Source: an uncultured Actinomycetes bacterium (GTDB taxonomy: Bacteria; Actinomycetota; UBA4738; HRBIN12). From it: a stretch of 64,000 nt of DNA. Positions 8,615-17,682 of this stretch are shown one piece after another. The translations under genes and the position numbers were made by a program. Every line of letters begins with the position of its first letter. The stretch's first letter is position 1. The stretch lies in assembly GCA_964535065.1 (NCBI GenBank), contig CAZHRY010000001.1, positions 43,159 to 107,158 on the forward strand, given 5' to 3'. The notes beneath the pieces were generated by a model, which had not been told where the DNA came from, did no database searches, and saw nothing but the letters and a program-made list of their open reading frames with translations.

Positions 8615-10540
8615 TCAGTCGGCTTCGAGAGCTTGCCGGGCAGCGGCCGCGATCCCGGCGGCGTCGATGCCTGCCCATGCGCGCAGCTCCTCGGGCGTGC
8701 CGCTCCCCGGCATCTGCGTGATGCCGAGCTTGACCACCCGCCCTTGGAAGCGACCCGCAGCAGCGAGCGCGTCCAGGACGGCGTCTCCCAGCCCGCCCTC
8801 TACTCGATGGTCCTCGGCCACGACCATGACGCCGGTCTCTTCCAGGGCCCGGCGAAGGGCTCGGGCGTCGATCGGCTTGACGCTGTAGCAGTCGAGCACT
8901 CGCGCGGCGATGCCCTCCGCGCCTAGGATGTCGTGGGCAGCTAGGCACTGGTGGACGGTCACCCCGGCGCCGACGAGCGTCACCCGGTCGTGCTCGGTGC
9001 CCGCGAGGGTCCGAGATCCACCGATCGGGAAGGTCTCGTCCGGCCCGTAGAGCGGCGGCGTGGCTTCCCGGGTCGTGCGGATGTAGGAGACGCCTCGCAT
9101 GTCGCACATGGCGGTCACGAGCTTCACAGTGCTGTTCCCGTCGGCCGGGTACAGCACGGTTGAGCCGTCCAGAGCTCGGAAAGCGGCCAGGTCCTCGAGC
9201 GCCATCTGGGAAGGGCCGTCCTCCCCGATGGACACCCCGGCGTGCGAACCACACAGGCGGAGGTTGGCGCGGCTGATCGCCCCCATCCGGACCTGGTCGT
9301 AGGCACGCGTGAGGAAGGCGCCGAACGAAGCTGCGAACGCAGTCTTCCCAAGGGCCTGAAGGCCGGTCTGGACGCCCACCATGCATTGCTCGGCTATGTA
9401 GAGCTGCACGAAGCGCTCAGGCGCGACGGCTTCGGCATCTTCGGTGTAGGTGGAGTTGCCGACCTCGCCGTCCAGAACCACGAGGTCGTCTCGATGGCCC
9501 ACCAGCCAAGCCAGGGTCTCGCCGAAGGCCTTGCGGGTAGCCACCGGCTTCTCGTAGGCCGGCGCCGGTGCCGCCCCCGACCTCTGCACCGTGGCAGGCT
9601 TGAACACGGGCGGCGCCGGCGCCGCGATGCGGAGGTCTCGGGGCCCGCCCAGCTCGGCGATCGCCTCGGCCTCCCGCTCCGCTTCGAGCTCATAGATCGT
9701 GTCCGGCAGCCACTCCTCCAGGGCTTGCTTCACCTGGGCGATCGCCTCGGCCTCCCGTTCCCTTGGCACCGGTTTGCCGTGCCAGCCCTCGGCATCGGCC
9801 AGGAAGGACACCCCGTGCCCCTTCTGCGTTCTCGCGATGATCATGGTCGGGCGTTCGTCCTCGACTGCCCGCCCGTATGCCTCGTGGATCGCCGCGGCGT
9901 CGTGACCGTCGATCTCGAGCGCGGACCAGCCGTAGGCGTGCGCTCTGTCGCGGAAGACGTCCGCCGTCCACCCGTGCATCGTGGGACCGCGCTGCCCGAG
10001 TCGATTGAGATCGACGATCGCGGTGAGGTTCGAAGCGTCGTGGAAGGCGGCAGCTTCGGCTGCCTCCCACACCGAGCCCTCCGCGCATTCGGAGTCGCCG
10101 AGGAGCACCCAAACCCGCCCATCGGACCCGTCCATCCGCATAGCGAGAGCCATCCCCAGTCCGACCGCCAAGCCCTGCCCCAGGGAGCCCGAGGCGACAT
10201 CGACCCAGGGAAGCTCGGGAACGGGTGCGGGGTGTCCCTGAAGCGGGGACCCCATCTTGCGCAGCGACATCAGTATGTCGTCGTCGAACGCCCCGACCGC
10301 CTTCAACACCGCGTACAGCGCAGGCGCCGCGTGTCCCTTCGACATCACGAAGCGGTCATTGGCAGCGTAGGCGGGATCCTTCACGTCGTAACGCAGGTGA
10401 TCGGCGAACAGGACGGCTACTAGGTGGGCGCAGGACATGCAAGATGTCGGATGACCGGACCCCGCCGCCGTGGTCGCCCTGATGCTGTCCACCGCGATCT
10501 GCGCTGCAAGGTCGTCCCAGAGTTGCCTTCGGTCCTCCAC
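8615..10540 (-). CDS. tkt: transketolase (single-chain form that looks like a fusion of the N- and C-terminal split subunits)
   Basis: ThDP-binding N-terminus SGHPTSCMSCAHLVAVLF...GSLGQGL and a C-terminal pyrimidine-binding/TKC half. 641 aa. Central linker carries a duplicated EREAEAIA peptide. GTG start with a GGGGAG ribosome-binding site. Confidence 0.9.
   Translation of the reverse strand: MEDRRQLWDDLAAQIAVDSIRATTAAGSGHPTSCMSCAHLVAVLFADHLRYDVKDPAYAANDRFVMSKGHAAPALYAVLKAVGAFDDDILMSLRKMGSPLQGHPAPVPELPWVDVASGSLGQGLAVGLGMALAMRMDGSDGRVWVLLGDSECAEGSVWEAAEAAAFHDASNLTAIVDLNRLGQRGPTMHGWTADVFRDRAHAYGWSALEIDGHDAAAIHEAYGRAVEDERPTMIIARTQKGHGVSFLADAEGWHGKPVPREREAEAIAQVKQALEEWLPDTIYELEAEREAEAIAELGGPRDLRIAAPAPPVFKPATVQRSGAAPAPAYEKPVATRKAFGETLAWLVGHRDDLVVLDGEVGNSTYTEDAEAVAPERFVQLYIAEQCMVGVQTGLQALGKTAFAASFGAFLTRAYDQVRMGAISRANLRLCGSHAGVSIGEDGPSQMALEDLAAFRALDGSTVLYPADGNSTVKLVTAMCDMRGVSYIRTTREATPPLYGPDETFPIGGSRTLAGTEHDRVTLVGAGVTVHQCLAAHDILGAEGIAARVLDCYSVKPIDARALRRALEETGVMVVAEDHRVEGGLGDAVLDALAAAGRFQGRVVKLGITQMPGSGTPEELRAWAGIDAAGIAAAARQALEAD
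9657..9757. repeat. 20-bp exact direct repeat (gcgatcgcctcggcctcccg) x2, 81 bp apart, inside the tkt linker
   Basis: Copies at 9657-9676 and 9738-9757. The repeat is in frame (27 codons apart) and encodes the repeated EREAEAIA peptide on the minus strand. Confidence 0.7.
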
Positions 10541-10662
10541 GTCCTCTCCCCTGCTCGTGACCGGGCAAAGGGTACAGGCCGAGGAAGGGCGACCGCGGGG
10601 TCACATATGCCGCTACCCGCGGGGATGCGCCAGGCGGTACCCTCGGCGGCTGCAGGGCCGCC

Positions 10663-11631
10663 ATGGAACGACCGTCCAGAACGCCGCACGCCGCAGCGAC
10701 CGCCGGCAACCGACCGGTCCTTCTCGCCCTGGCCGGCGACAGCGCCTCGGGCAAGAGCACGCTGTCGCGCGGGATCGAGTTCATCCTGGGCGTGGAGCGT
10801 GTCGGACGCGTGTGCACGGACGATTACCACCGGTACGACCGGGTGGAGCGAGCTCACCTGGGCATCACGCCGCTGGCTCCCGAGGCGAACAGGATGGATC
10901 TGATGGCAAGGCATCTGCGCGAGCTGGCGGATGGCAAGAAGGTGACGAAGCCGACCTACGATCACCACACGGGCACGTTCGGCACGGAGGAACAGGTGGA
11001 GCCGAGCGAGATCCTCATCGTCGAAGGGCTCCTTCCGCTCGCCGATCGCGCCGTGCGGGATCAGATCGACGTCGCCGTCTTCCTGGACCCCGAGGAGGAG
11101 CTGCGTCACCGTTGGAAGCTCGAGCGCGATGTCTTCGAGAGGGGGTACTCGCCGAAGGCGGTCGTGGCCGAACTGACGAAGCGGGAGCACGACGCCGCCA
11201 CGTACGTGCGTCCCCAACGCGACTACGCGGACGTCGTCGTGCGTTTCCACAGACGCGAGGGCGCCGGGGACCGGGAGCATCTATCGGCTGAGCTGGCCGT
11301 TCGGCCGACGCTTCCTTATCCGGCCCTGCGCGAGTTGGCGGGTTCCTTCCGGCACCGGGGCGTGGAGCCGGTCAGGTGGTCCACGCGGACCGACCGCCGC
11401 GGTCCGATGAGCGTCTTGGAGATCGACGGCAACTGCCCGCCCGAGGTCGGCGCCGAGCTGGAGCAGGCCCTCTGGGCTTCGCTGCGCCAGGGCGAGCGAC
11501 TGCAGAGGGATCGGATCGGGATGGTCCGCAGGCCGGGTAAGGAGCCCGAGCGAAGCGAGTCGCTCGCCCTGGCGCAGCTGCTGATAGTTGCCCACCTGGT
11601 GGGGGCTTTCGACGCGTCGGTCGAGCTCTGA
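10663..11631 (+). CDS. prk: phosphoribulokinase-like protein (PRK/uridine kinase family, plant/cyanobacterial type)
   Basis: P-loop LALAGDSASGKST, then CTDDYHRYDR, KPTYDHHTGTF, ILIVEGLLP and RHRWKLERDVFERGYS. These are collinear with class II PRK motifs (GCGKST / DDYHSLDR / KPIYNHVTG / KFAWKIQRD). Divergent from tkt. Confidence 0.65.
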   Translation: MERPSRTPHAAATAGNRPVLLALAGDSASGKSTLSRGIEFILGVERVGRVCTDDYHRYDRVERAHLGITPLAPEANRMDLMARHLRELADGKKVTKPTYDHHTGTFGTEEQVEPSEILIVEGLLPLADRAVRDQIDVAVFLDPEEELRHRWKLERDVFERGYSPKAVVAELTKREHDAATYVRPQRDYADVVVRFHRREGAGDREHLSAELAVRPTLPYPALRELAGSFRHRGVEPVRWSTRTDRRGPMSVLEIDGNCPPEVGAELEQALWASLRQGERLQRDRIGMVRRPGKEPERSESLALAQLLIVAHLVGAFDASVEL

Positions 11632-11655
11632 CCCGTGGAGCGGTAGCCTGTAGGG

Positions 11656-12852
11656 GTGAGCGGCCCTGAGAGCTTCTTGGATCTCGGGGTCTCCCAGCCG
11701 GTCGCCCGGGTGCTCGCCGAAAGGGGCATAACCAAGCCCTTCCCCATCCAGGCGATGGTCCTGCAGGACGCGACCTCCGGACGCGACACCCTGGCCAAGT
11801 CCAAGACCGGTTCGGGCAAGACCCTGGGGTTCGCGTTGCCCATCGTGGAGCGGTTGGACGCGGGCTCCGAACCGTTGCCGGCCGCTCTCGTGCTCGTCCC
11901 CACCAGAGAGCTTGCCCAGCAGGTCAGGCAGGAGTTCGCCGATATCGCCCGGGTCAAGGGGCTCGGCGTTCGGGCCGTCTACGGCGGCACGGGCGTGAGG
12001 GAACAGGCCAAGGGGCTCGGAGGCGCCCACGTGCTCATAGCCACCCCCGGCCGCCTGGACGACCTACGCCAGCGGGGGCTCGTGAACCTGGGCGGCGTTC
12101 GGATACTCGTGCTCGACGAAGCCGACCGGATGCTGGACATGGGATTCCAGCCCCAGGTTGATCGGATCGTGCGCCACCTGCCGTCGGATAGGCAGACCAT
12201 GTTCTTCTCGGCCACGTTGGACGGAGCGGTCGGTCGCATCGCCGAGGTCTACACGAAGAACCCAGTGCTCCACGAGGTCGGTGGCGATGAGCGCGCGGTG
12301 GTGGAGGAGGCCGACCACCGCTTCGTGCCGGTGCCGGCGCACGGCAAGCTGGACAAGCTCATCGAGCTGGCGGATGCCGCAGAAGGCTTGACGCTGGTCT
12401 TCGTGAACACGAAACGCATGGTGGACACACTCGCTCGCCAGTTGAAGGCTCAGGGGGTGAGCGCACTGGCGCTGCACGGGGACATGCGCCAAGAGGCCCG
12501 CGACCGGGCGCTCAAGCGTTTCGCCCAGGGGCACGTCGGCGTTCTGGTAGCCACCGACGTGGCCGCTCGGGGCCTCGACCTCGACGACATCACGCTGGTC
12601 GTCAACTACGAGCCCCCACAGGACGACAAGGGATACGTCCACCGTGCCGGGAGGACGGCGCGCGCGGGCAAGGGCGGAACCAGCGTCACGTTCGTCACGC
12701 CTCAGCAGCAGGGCGACGTGAGCCGCATGGCCGCTCGATTGGACCTGCACGAGGAGTTCCAGCAGGAGGGCATGAAGGTGGCCCCGCCTCGAGTCGTCTT
12801 CAGCGGCGGCCCACGGGGCCGTAGCCGCCTGGGCAAGCCGAAGCGGCGATGA
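11656..12852 (+). CDS. DEAD-box ATP-dependent RNA helicase
   Basis: Q-motif FPIQA; motif I SKTGSGKT; VLDEADRMLDMGF (DEAD box); SAT; HRAGRTARAG. Confidence 0.9.
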   Translation: MSGPESFLDLGVSQPVARVLAERGITKPFPIQAMVLQDATSGRDTLAKSKTGSGKTLGFALPIVERLDAGSEPLPAALVLVPTRELAQQVRQEFADIARVKGLGVRAVYGGTGVREQAKGLGGAHVLIATPGRLDDLRQRGLVNLGGVRILVLDEADRMLDMGFQPQVDRIVRHLPSDRQTMFFSATLDGAVGRIAEVYTKNPVLHEVGGDERAVVEEADHRFVPVPAHGKLDKLIELADAAEGLTLVFVNTKRMVDTLARQLKAQGVSALALHGDMRQEARDRALKRFAQGHVGVLVATDVAARGLDLDDITLVVNYEPPQDDKGYVHRAGRTARAGKGGTSVTFVTPQQQGDVSRMAARLDLHEEFQQEGMKVAPPRVVFSGGPRGRSRLGKPKRR

Positions 12853-15042
12853 TCAGCTGGCGAGTTCGCCCTGGATGAGGGTGAGACCAGAGCGGCGGTA
12901 CATGGCCAGGATCTCCTCCGGAGGCACGGGCTTCGAGAAGTAGTAGCCCTGACCGTATGCGCATCCACGGTCGGCGAGGAACCTCCACTCATCCACCGTC
13001 TCGATCCCTTCGGCGAGCGGTTGCATGCCGAGGTTGGATGCGAGCGCGATGATCGCCGAGACCATGCTGGCGCTCTGCGGGTCGGTGTGAACCTCGCGGA
13101 CGAAGGTACGGTCGATCTTGAGCACGTCAACCGGCATGTAGCGGAGCCGCGAGAGCGACGAGTAGCCGGTACCGAAATCGTCGATCGCCAGTCGCAGGCC
13201 CTCGTCGTGGAACCGATGGAGGATCGCCAGGGTGCGGTCGGGGTCGTTCATGGCCGTCGACTCCGTCACCTCTACGGTGATCCTCGAGGGGTCTGCTCCG
13301 GCCTCCGCGATCTGAGCACAGATCTTGGCCACCGGGTCGCTTTGCCAGAGCTGCCTGGGCGACAGGTTGAAGCTGATCTCAAGCTCCAGACCCTCGGCTC
13401 GCCACAGGGCGTCCTGCCGGCAGATCTCTTCGACGACCCATTCGCCGATGGCATCGATCAAGCCCATCTCCTCGGCCAGGGGTATGAAGTCGCCCGGAGG
13501 CATGAGACCGCCCGTGGGGTCGGGCCAGCGGATCAGAGCCTCCACGCCGACCATCTCGCAGCTCGCCAGGTCCAGCAGTGGCTGGTAGTGCAGGGCCCAG
13601 ACCTTGTTGTCCACCGCCTTGCGCAGGCGGGTGGAGAGGGACAGCTTGGTGAGCGCGTTCACGTTCTCGGCCTCATGCACGACGGAGACGCCTGGCCCCG
13701 CCTCCTTCGCCCGGAACATGGCCGCATCGGCGTTCCGCAGCAGGGTTCCGCCGTCCTCCGCGTCGTTCGGGAAGATGCTGATGCCGATCGAGACCGTCAC
13801 GTACAGCTCTGTCTCGCCGATCGTGAATGGCGTCTCCAGCGCCTCCTTGATGCGGCTCGCCACGGACCGAGCGGTAACGACCTCGTCCTCGGCACCGTCG
13901 CGCTCGAGGTCGGCCAGCAGCAGCAAGAACTCGTCTCCGCCCTGCCTCGCGACGAGGTCGGTATCACGCGTCGCCTGTCGGAGCCTGTCGGCGAGGCGGG
14001 CGATCAGCTCGTTCCCTGCCTCGTGTCCGAGCGAGTCGTTGATCAGCTTGAAGTTGTCCACGTCGAGCACCAGGACGGCGACCCCCAGATCGTGCCGCCG
14101 CGCGCGCGCCAGGGCCAGCTCCAAGCTCTCGTCGAACATCGCCTTGTTCGGAAGGCCCGTGAGGCTGTCGTGGTAGACGAGGAAGGCCAGACGCTCCTCG
14201 GCCTCCTTGCTTGCCGTAACGTCGAGCATGACACCGTGCTTCAGCCCGGGCTTGCCCTCTTCCCCGGGGATGATGACCATGTTGTCGCGGAACCAGACGA
14301 CCCTTCCGTCCCTCGCGATGAGGCGGTACTCCTGGGTGTACTGCTCGTACTCGAAGCCCTCCTGCAACTCCGCCAACGCCCGTTCGCGGTCGTCTGGATG
14401 CAGCATCCGGACCCAGAGCTCGGGGTCTGCGATGTACTCCTCAGGCGTGACGCCGAGGATGCTCTCGATCTGCGGACTGACATACGTCGTCACGAGTGAG
14501 TCGTCTGCGATGTCCGTATAGACGATGGCCGGTATCTGCTCGACGAGGGTGCCGTACTTGGCCTTCGCCTCCTGGAGTGAGCCGCGAGCCTCCATCAACT
14601 CGGTGATGTCGAGCATGATCCCCAGCCAATAAAGGGGGTTGCCTTCATCGTCGTTGATCAGGACGGAGTCCTCGCGGATCCAGACGATGCGGCCGTCGGC
14701 ATGGCGGGCGCGATACTCGACTCGGAAGGGCTCTCCGGTCTCGACGCAGTGATCACTCGTGGCCAGCACGCGCGCAGCGTCGTCGGGGTGGATGAAGCGC
14801 TCCCATGCCATGTAACTGTCGAGCCACTCGTCGGGATCGATGCCCAAGAGGTCCGCGATGCCGGGGCTGACATCGACCATGTTCTGCCCCGTAGCGATGC
14901 CGTCGATGTAGAGAACGGCGGGCAGGTGGTCGATGAGGCCGCGGTAGCGAGCTTCGAGGTCCTTCAGTTGAACCGCGGGGTCGTTCGACTTGAGGTCGGC
15001 GAAGAAGCCGTTGACGATCGGCTCGTCGGGGGTCTCGGGCAA
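12853..15042 (-). CDS. PAS-PAS-GGDEF-EAL bifunctional c-di-GMP cyclase/phosphodiesterase
   Basis: Intact RQGGDEF signature, EALIRW EAL motif, DDFGTGYSS and KIDRTF. N-terminal PAS repeats. Its stop abuts the helicase stop (TGATCA). Confidence 0.85.
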   Translation of the reverse strand: MPETPDEPIVNGFFADLKSNDPAVQLKDLEARYRGLIDHLPAVLYIDGIATGQNMVDVSPGIADLLGIDPDEWLDSYMAWERFIHPDDAARVLATSDHCVETGEPFRVEYRARHADGRIVWIREDSVLINDDEGNPLYWLGIMLDITELMEARGSLQEAKAKYGTLVEQIPAIVYTDIADDSLVTTYVSPQIESILGVTPEEYIADPELWVRMLHPDDRERALAELQEGFEYEQYTQEYRLIARDGRVVWFRDNMVIIPGEEGKPGLKHGVMLDVTASKEAEERLAFLVYHDSLTGLPNKAMFDESLELALARARRHDLGVAVLVLDVDNFKLINDSLGHEAGNELIARLADRLRQATRDTDLVARQGGDEFLLLLADLERDGAEDEVVTARSVASRIKEALETPFTIGETELYVTVSIGISIFPNDAEDGGTLLRNADAAMFRAKEAGPGVSVVHEAENVNALTKLSLSTRLRKAVDNKVWALHYQPLLDLASCEMVGVEALIRWPDPTGGLMPPGDFIPLAEEMGLIDAIGEWVVEEICRQDALWRAEGLELEISFNLSPRQLWQSDPVAKICAQIAEAGADPSRITVEVTESTAMNDPDRTLAILHRFHDEGLRLAIDDFGTGYSSLSRLRYMPVDVLKIDRTFVREVHTDPQSASMVSAIIALASNLGMQPLAEGIETVDEWRFLADRGCAYGQGYYFSKPVPPEEILAMYRRSGLTLIQGELAS

Positions 15043-15181
15043 GTTCGGACTCCAGGCGTCGATGAGGCGCAGGGCCGCGTACGTGTAGGCGAAGGAGACG
15101 AGGCGCTCGAGCCTTAAGGCCGCGGAGTAACGTTTTCTCCAGAGCCGTGGGGTCTCGAGATCAGCAACGCCGCAGCAGATA

Positions 15182-16045
15182 TCAGCAGGAGGTTTCGTCC
15201 GGAAGAAGAGGCCTGAAGGTCAGGGCGAACGTTTCTCCGCCACTGCGCCATGGCGTTCGCTCGTTCGCCTCCCTGGCCAGGGCCCTCAGCGCTTGCCATC
15301 CGTCACCCTCGGCGACGCCGCATCTGTAGCCGGGTCCGTAGGTCTCGGTGGCCTCACCGAAGTCCTGGAGGGGGGTGGGAAGGGGCCAGTCCTTGGACTC
15401 CTGAGGGAGCTGCGGATCGGGTTGGTACGGGCCCACCAAGATCCGTCCGGCGGTCCCGACGTATGGCTGCTGGTCGCCGAGGGAGCCCGTCGGCACCATC
15501 GAAGAGAGCTCGCCGACGCTCTCGAGGAAGGCCAGGAGTCGCACCCGGGCCGCGAACTCCGCGTCGGGCATCCCTTCAGGCTTGTCCGACCCCTCGAACC
15601 CCAGGGCGTAGGCGGAGATCACGTGGGTTTCCCCTCCTACGGACAGGGTGAAGACGGTCGTGGCCGCGTCCGCGACCCCGATGGTCCCAAGGTCTGTATA
15701 CGAAGCGTCGCCGTCCAGGCCGGCGTCGATCGCCGCGCGGAGCACGGCCTGGATCCCGTCCTCCGTCAGATGGCGCTGAAAGATCGCCGGAAGGGCGGGA
15801 GCCGGGTAGATGGCTATCTGCACTCCCGGCAGGACGACGGTGCCGTCACCGTAGAGCGCGAAAGCGGGGAGGTTCGTGAAGGAGTACTCGAGGGGCACGA
15901 ACCCGCCGGTGTGTTCGATCTTCAGCAGCGGTTGGTTCGCGCCGGCCCCGTGTTGGATGGGTTCGCTGCCCGGGGAGGTGGTCGATCCTTGCGCGCATCC
16001 GACCAGGACTACCGCGACGATGACGCTCATGACGGTCTGTCTCAT
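15182..16045 (-). CDS. hypothetical lipoprotein
   Basis: Start chosen at MRQTVMSVIVAVVLVGCAQG, which has a lipobox LVGC and a GGGGAG ribosome-binding site 6 nt upstream. The ORF-track start at 16120 is probably too long. I recognise no family. Confidence 0.55.
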   Translation of the reverse strand: MRQTVMSVIVAVVLVGCAQGSTTSPGSEPIQHGAGANQPLLKIEHTGGFVPLEYSFTNLPAFALYGDGTVVLPGVQIAIYPAPALPAIFQRHLTEDGIQAVLRAAIDAGLDGDASYTDLGTIGVADAATTVFTLSVGGETHVISAYALGFEGSDKPEGMPDAEFAARVRLLAFLESVGELSSMVPTGSLGDQQPYVGTAGRILVGPYQPDPQLPQESKDWPLPTPLQDFGEATETYGPGYRCGVAEGDGWQALRALAREANERTPWRSGGETFALTFRPLLPDETSC

Positions 16046-16122
16046 CCGCATCTCCCCGATCTGACGGGCTGCCCGGCCCCACGGTTCCCTCACAAGGTAC
16101 CCTGCCCGAAGTGACTCCAACG

Positions 16123-17190
16123 ATGCGGGCCTTGAGGAAGACCGAGCGTGCGCCGGGGGCCGAGCTGCTCGATGTGCCCGTGCCCCAACCCGGCGAGGGA
16201 GAGGTTCTGATCAGGGTTCACGCGGCGTCGATCTGCGGCACGGACCTGCACATCTTCGACTGGAACGAGTGGGCCGAGGGGCGCATCCGGGACGTCCCGA
16301 TGACGTTCGGTCACGAGGTGGCAGGCACCGTGGTCGAGGTGGGTCCTGAGGTTCATCACCTGCAGGAGGGAGCCTTCGTCGCCGCCGAGACCCATCTCGC
16401 TTGTGGCCATTGCTCGACGTGTCGCACCGGCCGAGAGCACATCTGCGAGAACCTGAGGATCCTGGGTGTGGACGTGGACGGGGCGTTCGCCGACTACGTC
16501 GTTCTGCCCGCCCACAACGCCTGGGTCGTTGGCCCGGGTATCGACCCCGACGCCGCATCCGTCATGGAACCGTTCGGCAACGCCGTACACGCGGTGTTCG
16601 GGCCGGAGGGCGGTGAAGATATCGCGACAAGCGCCGTCGCCGTGATCGGGTGTGGCCCCATCGGCCTGTTCTGCGTGGGGGTCGTGAGGTCGCTCGGAGC
16701 CTGGAAGGTGATCGCCGTCGAGCCCAACCCCTACCGGCTGAAGAAGGCGGCCGAGATGGGAGCCGATCTGCTCGTTGACCCATCCGCCGCGGACCCCGTG
16801 GCTGCGGTTATGGATGCCACGGGCGGCCAGGGTGCAGAGGTGGTCTTGGAGATGAGCGGGAACGCGCGAGCGATCGATCAGGGAACGCGCATGCTGGCCC
16901 GCGGCGGGCGCATGTCTCTCCTGGGCCTTCCCGACGGGCCGGTGACGCTGGATCTGAACGATCAGGTCATCTTCAAGGAAGCCCGCCTTCAGGGGATAAC
17001 AGGCAGGGAGATGTTCCGAACGTGGCAGCAGACGACCACGCTCCTTTCCACTGGAAGGGTGGACGTGGAGCCCGTCATCACGCATAGGTTCCCCCTGGAG
17101 CGGTTCGAAGAGGGGTTCGCGGCGACGGCGTCGGGGGACAGCGGGAAGGTGATCCTGCTACCCGATGCGACCGCTGGGACTCACAGGTAG
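16123..17190 (+). CDS. tdh: L-threonine 3-dehydrogenase (Zn-dependent MDR family)
   Basis: N-terminus MRALRK...LIRVHAASICGTDLHIFDWNEWAEGRIRDVPMTFGHEVAGTVVEVG is collinear with E. coli Tdh (ICGTDVHIYNWDEW...GHEYVGEVV). CGHCSTC structural-Zn motif. The GTG at 16111 is an alternative start. Confidence 0.85.
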   Translation: MRALRKTERAPGAELLDVPVPQPGEGEVLIRVHAASICGTDLHIFDWNEWAEGRIRDVPMTFGHEVAGTVVEVGPEVHHLQEGAFVAAETHLACGHCSTCRTGREHICENLRILGVDVDGAFADYVVLPAHNAWVVGPGIDPDAASVMEPFGNAVHAVFGPEGGEDIATSAVAVIGCGPIGLFCVGVVRSLGAWKVIAVEPNPYRLKKAAEMGADLLVDPSAADPVAAVMDATGGQGAEVVLEMSGNARAIDQGTRMLARGGRMSLLGLPDGPVTLDLNDQVIFKEARLQGITGREMFRTWQQTTTLLSTGRVDVEPVITHRFPLERFEEGFAATASGDSGKVILLPDATAGTHR

Positions 17191-17630
17191 ACGCCCGTCC
17201 CATACTGGATCGGCTCGGGCTCGGGCTTGGTCTGAAGGTTGAAGGGAAGGCGAGCGTGCTCCGATCCATCGACCGTCAGCACGAATTCGTATCTTCCCTC
17301 CTGTTCGAACACGAGCCCGTCCAGGTTCAACGCCAGCGTGACGTTGGCCTCGCCCTCGGGCGAGCTGAAGGGTAGCTCGAGCCCGGTCCTCGGCATGCCG
17401 TCGGCGTCGGCTCCGAAGGGGCGGGTCCTGCCCTCAGGCCCATTGAGGGTGAGCATGAGGCGATGGGCGCCTGCCTCCGAGGCCGAGGTCCTCACCATCA
17501 CGCCTATCCCGACGCGGTCATGGCGGGTCGGAAGTGCCTGGGCGTGCAGAACCCGCCATCCGACACCAAGCGCGTGGAGCTTGCCACCGGCCGCCTGGAC
17601 CGAGTCGGCGAGGAACGCGACGACTTCCAT
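17181..17630 (-). CDS. hypothetical protein (antisense-oriented, between tdh and kbl)
   Basis: 149-aa ORF with protein-like composition (F, Y, E, L rich; not an Arg/Pro shadow). It lies in the 490-bp tdh-kbl gap and overlaps the tdh 3' end by 10 nt. I recognise no family. Confidence 0.35.
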   Translation of the reverse strand: MEVVAFLADSVQAAGGKLHALGVGWRVLHAQALPTRHDRVGIGVMVRTSASEAGAHRLMLTLNGPEGRTRPFGADADGMPRTGLELPFSSPEGEANVTLALNLDGLVFEQEGRYEFVLTVDGSEHARLPFNLQTKPEPEPIQYGTGVYL

Positions 17631-17682
17631 CAGGAGTGCATCCTACGGCCCAGCGATAGGGTTGTAGAGCGGAGGTGATGGG

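Noticed and set aside
10663-11631. Alternative call of this gene as uridine kinase (Udk)
   Set aside because: Udk shares the P-loop family, but the downstream DDYH, KPxYxHxTG and WKLERD blocks match PRK better in my reading. I kept it as PRK-like with moderate confidence and flagged it for phylogenetic confirmation.
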